Assembly: GCF_000011325.1 (NCBI RefSeq)
Contig: NC_003450.3
Coordinates: 2,430,001-2,462,000 of the forward strand
DNA: 32,000 nucleotides
DNA from: Corynebacterium glutamicum ATCC 13032
GTDB taxonomy: Bacteria; Actinomycetota; Actinomycetes; Mycobacteriales; Mycobacteriaceae
Direction: 5' to 3'
How positions within the stretch are numbered: position 1 is the stretch's first letter; each line of letters begins with the position of its first letter. Of this stretch, positions 8,096 to 17,021 are shown piece after piece. Below the pieces are notes generated by a model. The model was not told the DNA's origin and searched no databases. It saw nothing but the letters and a program-made list of their open reading frames with translations. The translations under genes were made by a program, and so were the position numbers.

Positions 8096-9910
8096 ATGAC
8101 TGATACCTCTCCGTTGAATTCTCAGCCGAGTGCAGATCACCACCCTGATCACGCGGCTCGCCCAGTTCTTGATGCCCACGGCTTGATCGTTGAGCACGAA
8201 TCGGAAGAGTTTCCAGTCCCCGCACCCGCTCCCGGTGAACAGCCCTGGGAGAAGAAAAACCGCGAGTGGTACAAAGACGCCGTTTTCTACGAAGTGCTGG
8301 TTCGTGCCTTCTACGATCCAGAAGGCAACGGAGTCGGATCGTTGAAAGGCCTGACCGAAAAACTGGATTACATCCAGTGGCTCGGCGTGGATTGCATTTG
8401 GATCCCACCGTTTTATGATTCCCCACTGCGCGACGGCGGTTACGATATCCGCAACTTCCGTGAAATCCTGCCCGAATTCGGCACCGTCGATGACTTCGTG
8501 GAACTCGTTGACCACGCCCACCGCCGTGGCCTGCGTGTTATCACCGACTTGGTCATGAATCACACCTCCGACCAGCACGCATGGTTCCAAGAATCCCGGC
8601 GCGACCCAACCGGCCCCTACGGAGATTTCTATGTGTGGAGCGATGATCCCACCCTGTACAACGAAGCCCGCATCATCTTTGTAGATACAGAAGAATCCAA
8701 CTGGACCTATGATCCGGTGCGTGGCCAGTACTTCTGGCACCGCTTCTTCTCCCACCAACCAGACCTCAACTACGACAACCCCGCAGTCCAAGAGGCCATG
8801 CTAGATGTCTTGCGTTTCTGGCTGGACCTGGGACTTGATGGTTTCCGACTAGATGCCGTTCCTTATCTTTTTGAACGCGAAGGCACCAACGGCGAAAACC
8901 TCAAAGAAACCCACGATTTCCTCAAACTGTGTCGCTCTGTCATTGAGAAGGAATACCCCGGCCGAATCCTGCTCGCAGAAGCCAACCAATGGCCCCAAGA
9001 TGTGGTCGAATACTTCGGTGAAAAAGACAAAGGCGATGAATGCCACATGGCCTTCCACTTCCCTTTGATGCCGCGCATCTTCATGGGAGTTCGCCAAGGT
9101 TCACGCACCCCGATCAGTGAGATCCTGGCCAACACCCCGGAGATTCCCAAGACTGCCCAATGGGGTATTTTCCTGCGTAATCATGATGAGCTCACCCTTG
9201 AAATGGTCTCCGATGAGGAACGCAGCTACATGTACTCCCAATTCGCCTCCGAACCTCGCATGCGCGCCAACGTAGGAATCCGCAGGCGCCTTTCCCCACT
9301 GCTTGAAGGCGACCGCAACCAGCTGGAACTCCTTCACGGTTTGTTGCTGTCTCTACCTGGCTCACCCGTGTTGTATTACGGTGATGAAATTGGCATGGGC
9401 GACAATATCTGGCTCCACGACCGCGACGGAGTGCGCACCCCCATGCAGTGGTCCAACGACCGCAACGGTGGTTTCTCCAAAGCTGATCCTGAACGCCTGT
9501 ACCTTCCAGCGATCCAAAATGATCAATACGGCTACGCCCAAGTAAACGTGGAAAGCCAACTCAACCGCGAAAACTCCCTGCTGCGCTGGCTCCGAAACCA
9601 AATCCTTATCCGCAAGCAGTACCGCGCATTTGGTGCCGGAACCTACCGTGAAGTGTCCTCCACCAATGAGTCAGTGTTGACATTTTTACGAGAACACAAG
9701 GGCCAAACCATTTTGTGTGTCAACAACATGAGCAAATATCCTCAGGCAGTCTCGCTTGATTTGCGTGAATTTGCAGGACACACCCCTCGAGAGATGTCGG
9801 GCGGGCAGCTGTTCCCTACCATTGCTGAACGGGAGTGGATTGTCACTTTAGCCCCTCACGGATTCTTCTGGTTTGATCTCACCGCCGATGAAAAGGACGA
9901 TATGGAATGA
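8096..9910 (+). CDS. treS: Trehalose synthase / maltose alpha-D-glucosyltransferase (GH13)
   Basis: GH13 conserved regions are present: DLVMNHTS, GFRLDAVPY, LAEANQW and FLRNHDE. The ORF is open from GTG 8057 (617 aa). I prefer ATG 8096 (604 aa) because of the -10 geometry and the typical TreS length. Confidence 0.92.
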   Translation: MTDTSPLNSQPSADHHPDHAARPVLDAHGLIVEHESEEFPVPAPAPGEQPWEKKNREWYKDAVFYEVLVRAFYDPEGNGVGSLKGLTEKLDYIQWLGVDCIWIPPFYDSPLRDGGYDIRNFREILPEFGTVDDFVELVDHAHRRGLRVITDLVMNHTSDQHAWFQESRRDPTGPYGDFYVWSDDPTLYNEARIIFVDTEESNWTYDPVRGQYFWHRFFSHQPDLNYDNPAVQEAMLDVLRFWLDLGLDGFRLDAVPYLFEREGTNGENLKETHDFLKLCRSVIEKEYPGRILLAEANQWPQDVVEYFGEKDKGDECHMAFHFPLMPRIFMGVRQGSRTPISEILANTPEIPKTAQWGIFLRNHDELTLEMVSDEERSYMYSQFASEPRMRANVGIRRRLSPLLEGDRNQLELLHGLLLSLPGSPVLYYGDEIGMGDNIWLHDRDGVRTPMQWSNDRNGGFSKADPERLYLPAIQNDQYGYAQVNVESQLNRENSLLRWLRNQILIRKQYRAFGAGTYREVSSTNESVLTFLREHKGQTILCVNNMSKYPQAVSLDLREFAGHTPREMSGGQLFPTIAEREWIVTLAPHGFFWFDLTADEKDDME

Positions 9911-10998
9911 GCATTGGCCAACACATCATCACCGAGCGTTTCTACGGCGCCAAGTCCCACACCATCGACAACGTAGATATTGTGTTGTCCCGCGAATGTG
10001 GCGAGAACACTTTGGCTGTAGTGCGCATCAACAATGCGCTGTATCAGTTGTTGGTCAATGATGATGGCAAAGATGTTCTCAACGACCACGTAGAAGAGGT
10101 CGGTGCGAGTTTCGGAGCATGGACTGGCAGCTCTGCTTTTCCCATTGGCCCTTTCACTCCACTCGGCACAGAACAATCCAATAGCTCTTTCATCACCGCC
10201 GACAATAAAGCGATCGTGAAATACTTCCGCAAATTAGAATCCGGGCAAAACCCCGATGTGGAGCTAATTTCTAAAATTTCCTCCTGCCCCAACATCGCGC
10301 CCATCCTGGGTTTTTCCTCCGCTGAGATCTCCGGGGCTAACTACACCCTGGTCATGGCGCAGCAGTACGTTCCAGGTTTGGATGGCTGGTCACACGCGCT
10401 GACTACTACCTCTGGCAGCTTTGCAGAGGATGCAGAAAAGATCGGCGAAGCCACCCGCAATGTTCACACTGCTCTTGCATCGGCCTTCCCTACTCGGGTA
10501 GTTCCCGTAGAAGCACTCGCCGATGCGCTCACTACCCGCCTTAATGAACTAATCTCCCAAGCACCCGAAATCGCCCGCTTCAAAGAAGCAGCCATCGACC
10601 TCTACCAATCGTTGGAAGGCGAAGCCCACATCCAACGCATCCACGGTGACCTCCACTTGGGGCAGCTCATCAAAACCCCCGAACGCTACATCCTCATCGA
10701 TTTCGAAGGCGAACCTGCCCGCCCACTTAATCAACGACGCCTCCCCGACTCTCCCCTGAAAGATCTCGCCGGCATCATCAGATCCATCGACTACGCAGCC
10801 TACTTCGACGGCGAACACACCCAATGGGCCAACGAAGCCACCGCGCTATTCCTCGACGGCTACGGATCAATTGAAGACCAAGAACTCCTCAATGCCTACA
10901 TTCTGGACAAGGCGTTGTACGAGGTTGCCTATGAAATAAACAACCGCCCCGACTGGGTGAAAATCCCACTCGAGGCGGTCGAAAGGCTTCTAGACTAG
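9907..10998 (+). CDS. pep2: Maltokinase (maltose 1-phosphate-forming; Pep2/Mak, aminoglycoside-phosphotransferase-like fold)
   Basis: 363-aa ORF with catalytic loop IHGDLHLGQL and metal-binding ILIDFEGEP. Its ATG overlaps the treS stop (ATGA). treS-pep2 synteny is classic. Confidence 0.85.
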   Translation: MSIGQHIITERFYGAKSHTIDNVDIVLSRECGENTLAVVRINNALYQLLVNDDGKDVLNDHVEEVGASFGAWTGSSAFPIGPFTPLGTEQSNSSFITADNKAIVKYFRKLESGQNPDVELISKISSCPNIAPILGFSSAEISGANYTLVMAQQYVPGLDGWSHALTTTSGSFAEDAEKIGEATRNVHTALASAFPTRVVPVEALADALTTRLNELISQAPEIARFKEAAIDLYQSLEGEAHIQRIHGDLHLGQLIKTPERYILIDFEGEPARPLNQRRLPDSPLKDLAGIIRSIDYAAYFDGEHTQWANEATALFLDGYGSIEDQELLNAYILDKALYEVAYEINNRPDWVKIPLEAVERLLD

Positions 10999-11002
10999 TT
11001 AG

Positions 11003-11572
11003 TTACTCTGCGTCAAACGCTTCCAGGATGGCTTGGCGCAGCTCAGGGGCGCTAAGCTGATCCACTAGCCATGGAGAAAACACAAATGGTGTGGCATCAA
11101 CAGCGTCGAAAAGCTTCTGCGGTTCCGCCCACTCGAACTCCTCCACCTCATCATCCAGTGGCTCCACAAATTCCCCCACCGCTAAACGCACGAGGTGGAC
11201 CGGGCACAACTCCCACTCCACAATGCCGGACGCGTCGACAGCACGGTACTGGTAATCAGGCAGAATCTCTTGAATATCCAAGAAAGAATCTACCTCCAGC
11301 CCCAACTCATCGACACCCCTGCGACGAATCGCATCCGCGTTTGTCTCATCCGGACCAGGGTGCCCACACATAGAGTTCGTCCACACACCAGGCCATGTCT
11401 TCTTCGACAATGCACGACGCGTCACCAACAGCTCCCCACGCGGGTTCAAAATATAGGTGGAAAACGCGAAATGCAGAGGCGTGTCCTTAGTGTGCACCGT
11501 AGCTTTCGGCGCAGTACCAATAGGATTGCCCTCGGAATCAGCTAAAACAACCAGTTCAACCTCAGTAGTCAT
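11003..11572 (-). CDS. idi: Isopentenyl-diphosphate delta-isomerase, type 1 (Nudix fold)
   Basis: Motifs LHFAFSTYILN, LLVTRRALSKKTWPGVWTNSMCGHP and EWELCPV closely parallel my recollection of E. coli Idi. I prefer the ATG at 11572 (189 aa, TAAGCT hexamer 7 nt upstream) over the GTG at 11590. Confidence 0.9.
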   Translation of the reverse strand: MTTEVELVVLADSEGNPIGTAPKATVHTKDTPLHFAFSTYILNPRGELLVTRRALSKKTWPGVWTNSMCGHPGPDETNADAIRRRGVDELGLEVDSFLDIQEILPDYQYRAVDASGIVEWELCPVHLVRLAVGEFVEPLDDEVEEFEWAEPQKLFDAVDATPFVFSPWLVDQLSAPELRQAILEAFDAE

Positions 11573-11579
11573 GCCCCTA

Positions 11580-11585
11580 AGCTTA
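11580..11585 (-). promoter_or_regulatory. Candidate -10 hexamer TAAGCT (minus strand), 7 nt upstream of the idi ATG at 11572
   Basis: TAnnnT hexamer with leaderless geometry. Confidence 0.3.
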
Positions 11586-11599
11586 GACACATTGTTGCG

Positions 11600-13357
11600 T
11601 TAGCCCCTCACCCAGTCACCAATCACACCCGGAACAACCGGCCCCCGATCACCCAGCAGCGCCGCCAAATTGCGGTCTTCCTCCACCGCAGACGTCACCG
11701 TTTTCACCTTGCCGGTATTCTTCTGCCCACCGCCGGCGCCTCCCATGGGCATCATGGGCATCATCGGCATCATGCCGCGCCCAAAATTGCTTATCGACGG
11801 CTTCCCACTCCCTGATCCCACCATCCCCAGGCCAGAACCCGACTGCGAACTAGATCCAACCGACGATCCAGTCTGGCGCGCATACTTGCTCTGAGAACCA
11901 GTACCACCTGCACCAACGACGCCACCAGACATTCCGCCAGCACCACCCATCATCGGAGCGACAGCTCCCGCGGAAGAAGCACCATGAGTTCGAGCTCCCA
12001 TCAACGAATCCGAGGTAATCCCCGGCGCGCCAGGACCACCAGTCATTCCCGGTACCGAACCACCTGCGGATCCGGCCGCTCGACTACTGATCGCTCCAGG
12101 TGCCGAAGATCCAATCGAGCCACCCTGTGCGCCCAACCCTGCACCGCTGCCAAACGCACCAAGCGGCGATGCCGCAGACATCGAGGAAGGAATCGCACCG
12201 GACGCCGAATTAGGCGTAGAAGTAGGCATCGCCAAACCATTCGCAAGGCTCTGCCCAGCTGAGGCAGCAGAGGTCAACATATCCCCAATATTGATGCCAT
12301 CCAACTGATCAGTGACAGTGCCAAAACTTCCAACCCCACTCTGCCCCGCAGCACCTTGAACCGCTGCATCCGGCGCGATACTGCCCGCATTGGCGACACC
12401 ACCCTGCGCAGCCCCCGACGGAGTCAACCCCGCCGCAGACCATGCCTGCCCACTGCCAGCAATCTCATCCATCCCCAGAGCAATTTCCCCCGCAGAACCA
12501 TTCGCCCCCTTCATCTGCATCAAATTGCTCACAGGAGGCATACCCGTCAACACATCCGCCTGAAAAGTAGCCTGAAACGACGCCAAAAACGCCCTCTCCG
12601 CAGCAAGCCTCTGCACCGGATCCAAAATCGCCTTAATCGACGTCGCAGCCATAAACACCTGCATGCGATGCCCCATATAAATCCGATTCAGCGTCCCCAC
12701 CGACGCCCCCATCATTTTCGCATTCGCAGCAAACGTCGCCCCCGCAGCCGCCACCTCATTAATCCGAGCAGCAGCCTGCTCAAACGTTTCGCCTGAGTTC
12801 TCCGCCAAAATCTCACCAGCAATCGACGACAACGAAGCCGACACATTGCTAATAGCCGACGCCATAGAGCCCCAAGACCCCTGCGCCTCCAAAACCGCCC
12901 CCGAGTTGGTTCCGGAAAACTGACTACACAACGCATCCAACGACAACGAAGGACTAACAGCTGGTGGATTAAAAACGAAAGACTCAAACCGAGGTGCCGG
13001 CCGCGCCGGGAACATTACTGACTCTTCTACAACCCTGCCACCGGTATCCGCTACATCCATACCCCTAGCGAATAATTCATCCTGGCCAGTCAAAGCCGCA
13101 CCAGAAGCCTGCAAAGCCGCAGACAACCACTCGATTTGTTCGGCATAGGAATTCAGCACAGAGTTTGCTGCGCCTGCCCCACCATTAATCACATTCCCGT
13201 GACCGGAACCCAATTGATCGAGTCCAGAGACGGGCGAAAACGCGGATAGAATTGTTGATTTCATTCCCACTTGAGATGCAGTAATAGCTTGATGCTGAAG
13301 CTCATTCAAGCGAGACACAGCACTACTGATGGACGAGGGATCAATTTTCAATGTCAT
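11600..13357 (-). CDS. 585-aa protein without a signal peptide: N-terminal helical region with PE/PPE-like or WXG-like patterns, a long Gly/Ala/Ser-rich low-complexity region, an (MMP)3 repeat and a charged C-terminal tail; function unknown
   Basis: Long ORF with no Sec/Tat signal and no TM helix. Residues around 120-270 (FNPPAVSPSLSLDAL..SGTNSGAVLEAQGSWGSMASAI...) resemble the PPE-domain pattern. The ATG overlaps the stop codon of the upstream lipoprotein gene (ATGA). Confidence 0.75.
   Translation of the reverse strand: MTLKIDPSSISSAVSRLNELQHQAITASQVGMKSTILSAFSPVSGLDQLGSGHGNVINGGAGAANSVLNSYAEQIEWLSAALQASGAALTGQDELFARGMDVADTGGRVVEESVMFPARPAPRFESFVFNPPAVSPSLSLDALCSQFSGTNSGAVLEAQGSWGSMASAISNVSASLSSIAGEILAENSGETFEQAAARINEVAAAGATFAANAKMMGASVGTLNRIYMGHRMQVFMAATSIKAILDPVQRLAAERAFLASFQATFQADVLTGMPPVSNLMQMKGANGSAGEIALGMDEIAGSGQAWSAAGLTPSGAAQGGVANAGSIAPDAAVQGAAGQSGVGSFGTVTDQLDGINIGDMLTSAASAGQSLANGLAMPTSTPNSASGAIPSSMSAASPLGAFGSGAGLGAQGGSIGSSAPGAISSRAAGSAGGSVPGMTGGPGAPGITSDSLMGARTHGASSAGAVAPMMGGAGGMSGGVVGAGGTGSQSKYARQTGSSVGSSSQSGSGLGMVGSGSGKPSISNFGRGMMPMMPMMPMGGAGGGQKNTGKVKTVTSAVEEDRNLAALLGDRGPVVPGVIGDWVRG
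11745..11774. repeat. In-frame 9-bp tandem repeat (ATGGGCATC x3 plus a partial unit) encoding MMPMMPMMPM on the minus strand
   Basis: Read directly: ATGGGCATC ATGGGCATC ATCGGCATC ATGCC. Confidence 0.7.
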
Positions 13358-13920
13358 GGAATTCCCCTTAGTTCCTTGATGAGATTTTCTAAAATTTCAA
13401 CAGCATCAGAGCACAAAATTTCTGGCTCCCAGCCCTCACCTAATTCGAGATAGTCAACCGTAAGCCGGCCCCAGTCATAGTCAACTGCTGCCTCACATTG
13501 ACGACCCGTCTCGGACATTTGATGCACATACAGATCTGGATTGTCATTGGATCCCCAATCCAATGTCTCTAGATCTTGGTTTTCAACAAATTGTCGGTTT
13601 GCTTGGTCAGTTGAAATGAGCCACGTACCTGAAAAATCCTCTCTGTCTGCTTTCCCGAAACTGCAACCTAAACCTGTCGAGCCGAGGTAAGCGTCTTCAA
13701 CAATCAAGACTCCCAATCCGACTTCTTCGAACTGTTCCTGCGTGAGTACTTCACACGGATGAAATTGGCTGGCAAGTATGTCGTTGGTCGGCTCCGTGGA
13801 TGCAGCCTCCTCCGACGTTGGCGTTGCGGTTACCGTGACGGTTGTGGGAGTGGTGGATCCACTCGTGCAGCCGGCGACAGTCAATGCGATGCCGCATACG
13901 AGCAGCCAGATTCGTCGCAT
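13354..13920 (-). CDS. Lipoprotein, DUF3558-like (four-Cys pattern)
   Basis: MRRIWLLVCGIALTVAGC has a lipobox. A Thr/Ser-rich linker follows, then spaced cysteines (HPCEVL, GCSF, QCEAAV, LCSDAVEIL) as in DUF3558 lipoproteins. I prefer the start at ATG 13920 over the longer ORF from 14016. Confidence 0.65.
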   Translation of the reverse strand: MRRIWLLVCGIALTVAGCTSGSTTPTTVTVTATPTSEEAASTEPTNDILASQFHPCEVLTQEQFEEVGLGVLIVEDAYLGSTGLGCSFGKADREDFSGTWLISTDQANRQFVENQDLETLDWGSNDNPDLYVHQMSETGRQCEAAVDYDWGRLTVDYLELGEGWEPEILCSDAVEILENLIKELRGIP

Positions 13921-14030
13921 AAAATACCCCGATCTTTGTAGTCGTAACGAGGGCCGTGAAAAGGCACTCATAAGCGTTAGACTGCAAAAGTTCGGGGTAG
14001 GTTCCCTAAAATTCAAATTATTTTTTGAAC

Positions 14031-14552
14031 TTACGCCAAGCTGTTCAAATTGCCTGAGTAGATGACGTTTCCGATCTGGAATTTAGCATTCGACAATGAG
14101 CCGTTTGAGGTGTTGAACGCGTATTGCAGGTTCGTTGTCGCGCCGGCACCCAGTGGTAGGTCGAGTGGGATGTTGTCGTCGCCGGAGAGGGTTTCGATGT
14201 TGGTTTTGTTGCCGTTGTAGTCTTCGATGTCCAGGGTGGGTGGATCGATGGCGTCGGCTGGCAGGGCTACGTCGTTTAGGTTTTTCACCGCGATGTGAAT
14301 AATTGAGCCACCGTTGGTGCCGTAGCGGGTGCCTCGGAAGATAAATTCAACATTGAGACCTGGGTCTTCAACCCTGATATCGCCGCTTGGGACTGTGATT
14401 GGGCTTACCTCTTTGGCTTCGAACACCGGGGTTGAGGTAGTGGTTACTTCCATGGTTTCCTCAGCGGAAACGGCTTGGCTATCAGCACTTTCACCCGAAC
14501 AGCCTGCAAGAAGTGCGACGGCTAACAGGGCTGGGATTGTCCTCAACTTCAC
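14031..14552 (-). CDS. Lipoprotein with a probable Ig-like/beta-sandwich domain (DUF4352-like)
   Basis: MKLRTIPALLAVALLAGC has a lipobox. The GTG start is preceded by AAGGAG. The C-terminal beta-rich pattern is IHIAVKNLNDVALPA...LDIEDYNGNK...LPLGAGATTNLQYAF. Confidence 0.7.
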   Translation of the reverse strand: MKLRTIPALLAVALLAGCSGESADSQAVSAEETMEVTTTSTPVFEAKEVSPITVPSGDIRVEDPGLNVEFIFRGTRYGTNGGSIIHIAVKNLNDVALPADAIDPPTLDIEDYNGNKTNIETLSGDDNIPLDLPLGAGATTNLQYAFNTSNGSLSNAKFQIGNVIYSGNLNSLA

Positions 14553-14593
14553 TTCGGGCTCCTTCTTAGTAATAGGTTCGTAGAAAAGTTTAC

Positions 14594-14599
14594 TAGCCT
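14594..14599 (+). promoter_or_regulatory. Candidate -10 hexamer TAGCCT, 7 nt upstream of the aecD ATG
   Basis: TAnnnT hexamer with no SD and leaderless geometry. Confidence 0.3.
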
Positions 14600-14606
14600 A
14601 GAGAGT

Positions 14607-15713
14607 ATGCGATTTCCTGAACTCGAAGAATTGAAGAATCGCCGGACCTTGAAATGGACCCGGTTTCCAGAAGACGTGCTTCCTTTGTGGGTTGCGGAAA
14701 GTGATTTTGGCACCTGCCCGCAGTTGAAGGAAGCTATGGCAGATGCCGTTGAGCGCGAGGTCTTCGGATACCCACCAGATGCTACTGGGTTGAATGATGC
14801 GTTGACTGGATTCTACGAGCGTCGCTATGGGTTTGGCCCAAATCCGGAAAGTGTTTTCGCCATTCCGGATGTGGTTCGTGGCCTGAAGCTTGCCATTGAG
14901 CATTTCACTAAGCCTGGTTCGGCGATCATTGTGCCGTTGCCTGCATACCCTCCTTTCATTGAGTTGCCTAAGGTGACTGGTCGTCAGGCGATCTACATTG
15001 ATGCGCATGAGTACGATTTGAAGGAAATTGAGAAGGCCTTCGCTGACGGTGCGGGATCACTGTTGTTCTGCAATCCACACAACCCACTGGGCACGGTCTT
15101 TTCTGAAGAGTACATCCGCGAGCTCACCGATATTGCGGCGAAGTACGATGCCCGCATCATCGTCGATGAGATCCACGCGCCACTGGTTTATGAAGGCACC
15201 CATGTGGTTGCTGCTGGTGTTTCTGAGAACGCTGCAAACACTTGCATCACCATCACCGCAACTTCTAAGGCGTGGAACACTGCTGGTTTGAAGTGTGCTC
15301 AGATCTTCTTCAGTAATGAAGCCGATGTGAAGGCCTGGAAGAATTTGTCGGATATTACCCGTGACGGTGTGTCCATCCTTGGATTGATCGCTGCGGAGAC
15401 AGTGTACAACGAGGGCGAAGAATTCCTTGATGAGTCAATTCAGATTCTCAAGGACAACCGTGACTTTGCGGCTGCTGAACTGGAAAAGCTTGGCGTGAAG
15501 GTCTACGCACCGGACTCCACTTATTTGATGTGGTTGGACTTCGCTGGCACCAAGATCGAAGAGGCGCCTTCTAAAATTCTTCGTGAGGAGGGTAAGGTCA
15601 TGCTGAATGATGGCGCAGCTTTTGGTGGTTTCACCACCTGCGCTCGTCTTAATTTTGCGTGTTCCAGAGAGACCCTTGAGGAGGGGCTGCGCCGTATCGC
15701 CAGCGTGTTGTAA
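14607..15713 (+). CDS. aecD: Cystathionine beta-lyase / C-S lyase (PLP-dependent, MalY/PatB family)
   Basis: 368-aa class I/II aminotransferase fold with the PLP-lysine region TATSKAWNTAGLK. Sits immediately upstream of brnQ, as I recall for C. glutamicum aecD-brnQ. Confidence 0.88.
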   Translation: MRFPELEELKNRRTLKWTRFPEDVLPLWVAESDFGTCPQLKEAMADAVEREVFGYPPDATGLNDALTGFYERRYGFGPNPESVFAIPDVVRGLKLAIEHFTKPGSAIIVPLPAYPPFIELPKVTGRQAIYIDAHEYDLKEIEKAFADGAGSLLFCNPHNPLGTVFSEEYIRELTDIAAKYDARIIVDEIHAPLVYEGTHVVAAGVSENAANTCITITATSKAWNTAGLKCAQIFFSNEADVKAWKNLSDITRDGVSILGLIAAETVYNEGEEFLDESIQILKDNRDFAAAELEKLGVKVYAPDSTYLMWLDFAGTKIEEAPSKILREEGKVMLNDGAAFGGFTTCARLNFACSRETLEEGLRRIASVL

Positions 15714-15716
15714 ATA

Positions 15717-16997
15717 ATGAGTAAAAAGTCTGTCCTGATTACTTCTTTGATGCTGTTTTCCATGTTCTTCGGAGCTGGAAACCTCATCTTCCCGCCGATG
15801 CTTGGATTGTCGGCAGGAACCAACTATCTACCAGCTATCTTAGGATTTCTAGCAACGAGTGTTCTGCTCCCGGTGCTGGCGATTATCGCGGTGGTGTTGT
15901 CGGGAGAAAATGTCAAGGACATGGCTTCTCGTGGCGGTAAGATCTTTGGCCTGGTGTTTCCTATTGCTGCCTATTTGTCTATCGGCGCGTTTTACGCGCT
16001 GCCGAGGACTGGGGCGGTGAGCTATTCGACGGCGGTTGGCGTCGATAATGCGCTTTATTCGGGCTTGTTTAACTTTGTGTTTTTTGCGGTGGCACTGGCG
16101 TTGTCGTGGAATCCGAATGGCATTGCAGACAAGTTGGGTAAGTGGCTCACGCCAGCGTTGCTCACGTTGATTGTGGTGCTGGTGGTGTTGTCGGTAGCCA
16201 AGTTGGATGGCACGCCAGGTGAGCCAAGTAGTGCGTATGCGCAGCAGCCTGCGGGGGCGGGTTTGCTTGAGGGCTACATGACGATGGATGCGATTGCTGC
16301 GTTGGCGTTTGGCATCGTGGTGATTTCTGCGTTCAAGTACCAAAAGGTTAACAAGGTCCGCACGGCAACTGTCGTGTCGGCGTTCATTGCCGGAATTTTG
16401 TTGGCGCTGGTTTATCTTGGTTTGGGCTCAATCGGTCAAGTAGTAAACGGTGAGTTCGCTGATGGCACCGCAATTTTGAACTACGCTGCACTGTCCACGA
16501 TGGGTCAGGCTGGTCGCATCATGTTCGTGGCTATTTTGATCCTTGCATGTATGACCACCGCAGTTGGTCTGATCAGTGCGACGTCTGAGTTTTTCAATTC
16601 GCTGCTGCCAGGTGTCAAGTACCACGTCTGGGCCACTGTTTTCGCGCTGATTTCCTTTGGCGTTGCCACCATGGGTTTGGATACGGTGTTGGCCGTTGCG
16701 GCTCCAGTGATTAGTTTCATTTACCCATCGGCCATCACCTTGGTGTTCTTGTCGCTCATCGAGCCCCTGCTGTTCCGTCTCAAGTGGACCTACCTATTCG
16801 GCATTTGGACTGCAGTTGTGTGGGCGCTGTTCATGTCTATCCCTGCGCTGAATCCATTCATCGAATGGGCGCCGCTGCACAGCATGTCTTTGGGTTGGGT
16901 TGTCCCAGTTCTCGTGGCCTCTGCCATCGGTTTGGCTATTGATTGGAACAAGAAAGGTGCCCAGTCTGTTGCAAAGAAGGAATCCATTTCCGTCTAA
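15717..16997 (+). CDS. brnQ: Branched-chain amino acid:cation symporter (LIVCS family)
   Basis: 426-aa polytopic protein with the N-terminal LIVCS signature FSMFFGAGNLIFPPMLG. There is a 3-nt gap after aecD. Confidence 0.92.
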   Translation: MSKKSVLITSLMLFSMFFGAGNLIFPPMLGLSAGTNYLPAILGFLATSVLLPVLAIIAVVLSGENVKDMASRGGKIFGLVFPIAAYLSIGAFYALPRTGAVSYSTAVGVDNALYSGLFNFVFFAVALALSWNPNGIADKLGKWLTPALLTLIVVLVVLSVAKLDGTPGEPSSAYAQQPAGAGLLEGYMTMDAIAALAFGIVVISAFKYQKVNKVRTATVVSAFIAGILLALVYLGLGSIGQVVNGEFADGTAILNYAALSTMGQAGRIMFVAILILACMTTAVGLISATSEFFNSLLPGVKYHVWATVFALISFGVATMGLDTVLAVAAPVISFIYPSAITLVFLSLIEPLLFRLKWTYLFGIWTAVVWALFMSIPALNPFIEWAPLHSMSLGWVVPVLVASAIGLAIDWNKKGAQSVAKKESISV

Positions 16998-17021
16998 TCG
17001 CTAATTGCGAGGAGTCTTTGC

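Noticed and set aside
8027-8791. 254-aa minus-strand ORF antisense to treS
   Set aside because: It is the mirror-frame ORF of a well-supported GH13 gene. Its Val/Gly-rich composition is typical of antisense frames in GC-biased coding DNA.
10996-11005. Convergent pep2/idi stop codons only 4 bp apart (similarly the gntR and 85-aa ORF stops are 10 bp apart at 25439/25450), with no room for terminators
   Set aside because: Tight convergent packing is common in compact actinobacterial genomes. No specific structure is visible to report.
11984-12796. Arg-rich plus-strand ORFs (92 aa and 146 aa) and a 91-aa minus-strand ORF (12712-12987) inside the 585-aa gene
   Set aside because: Their extreme Arg/Pro/His composition is the expected antisense or alternate-frame read of Gly/Ala/Ser-rich coding DNA.
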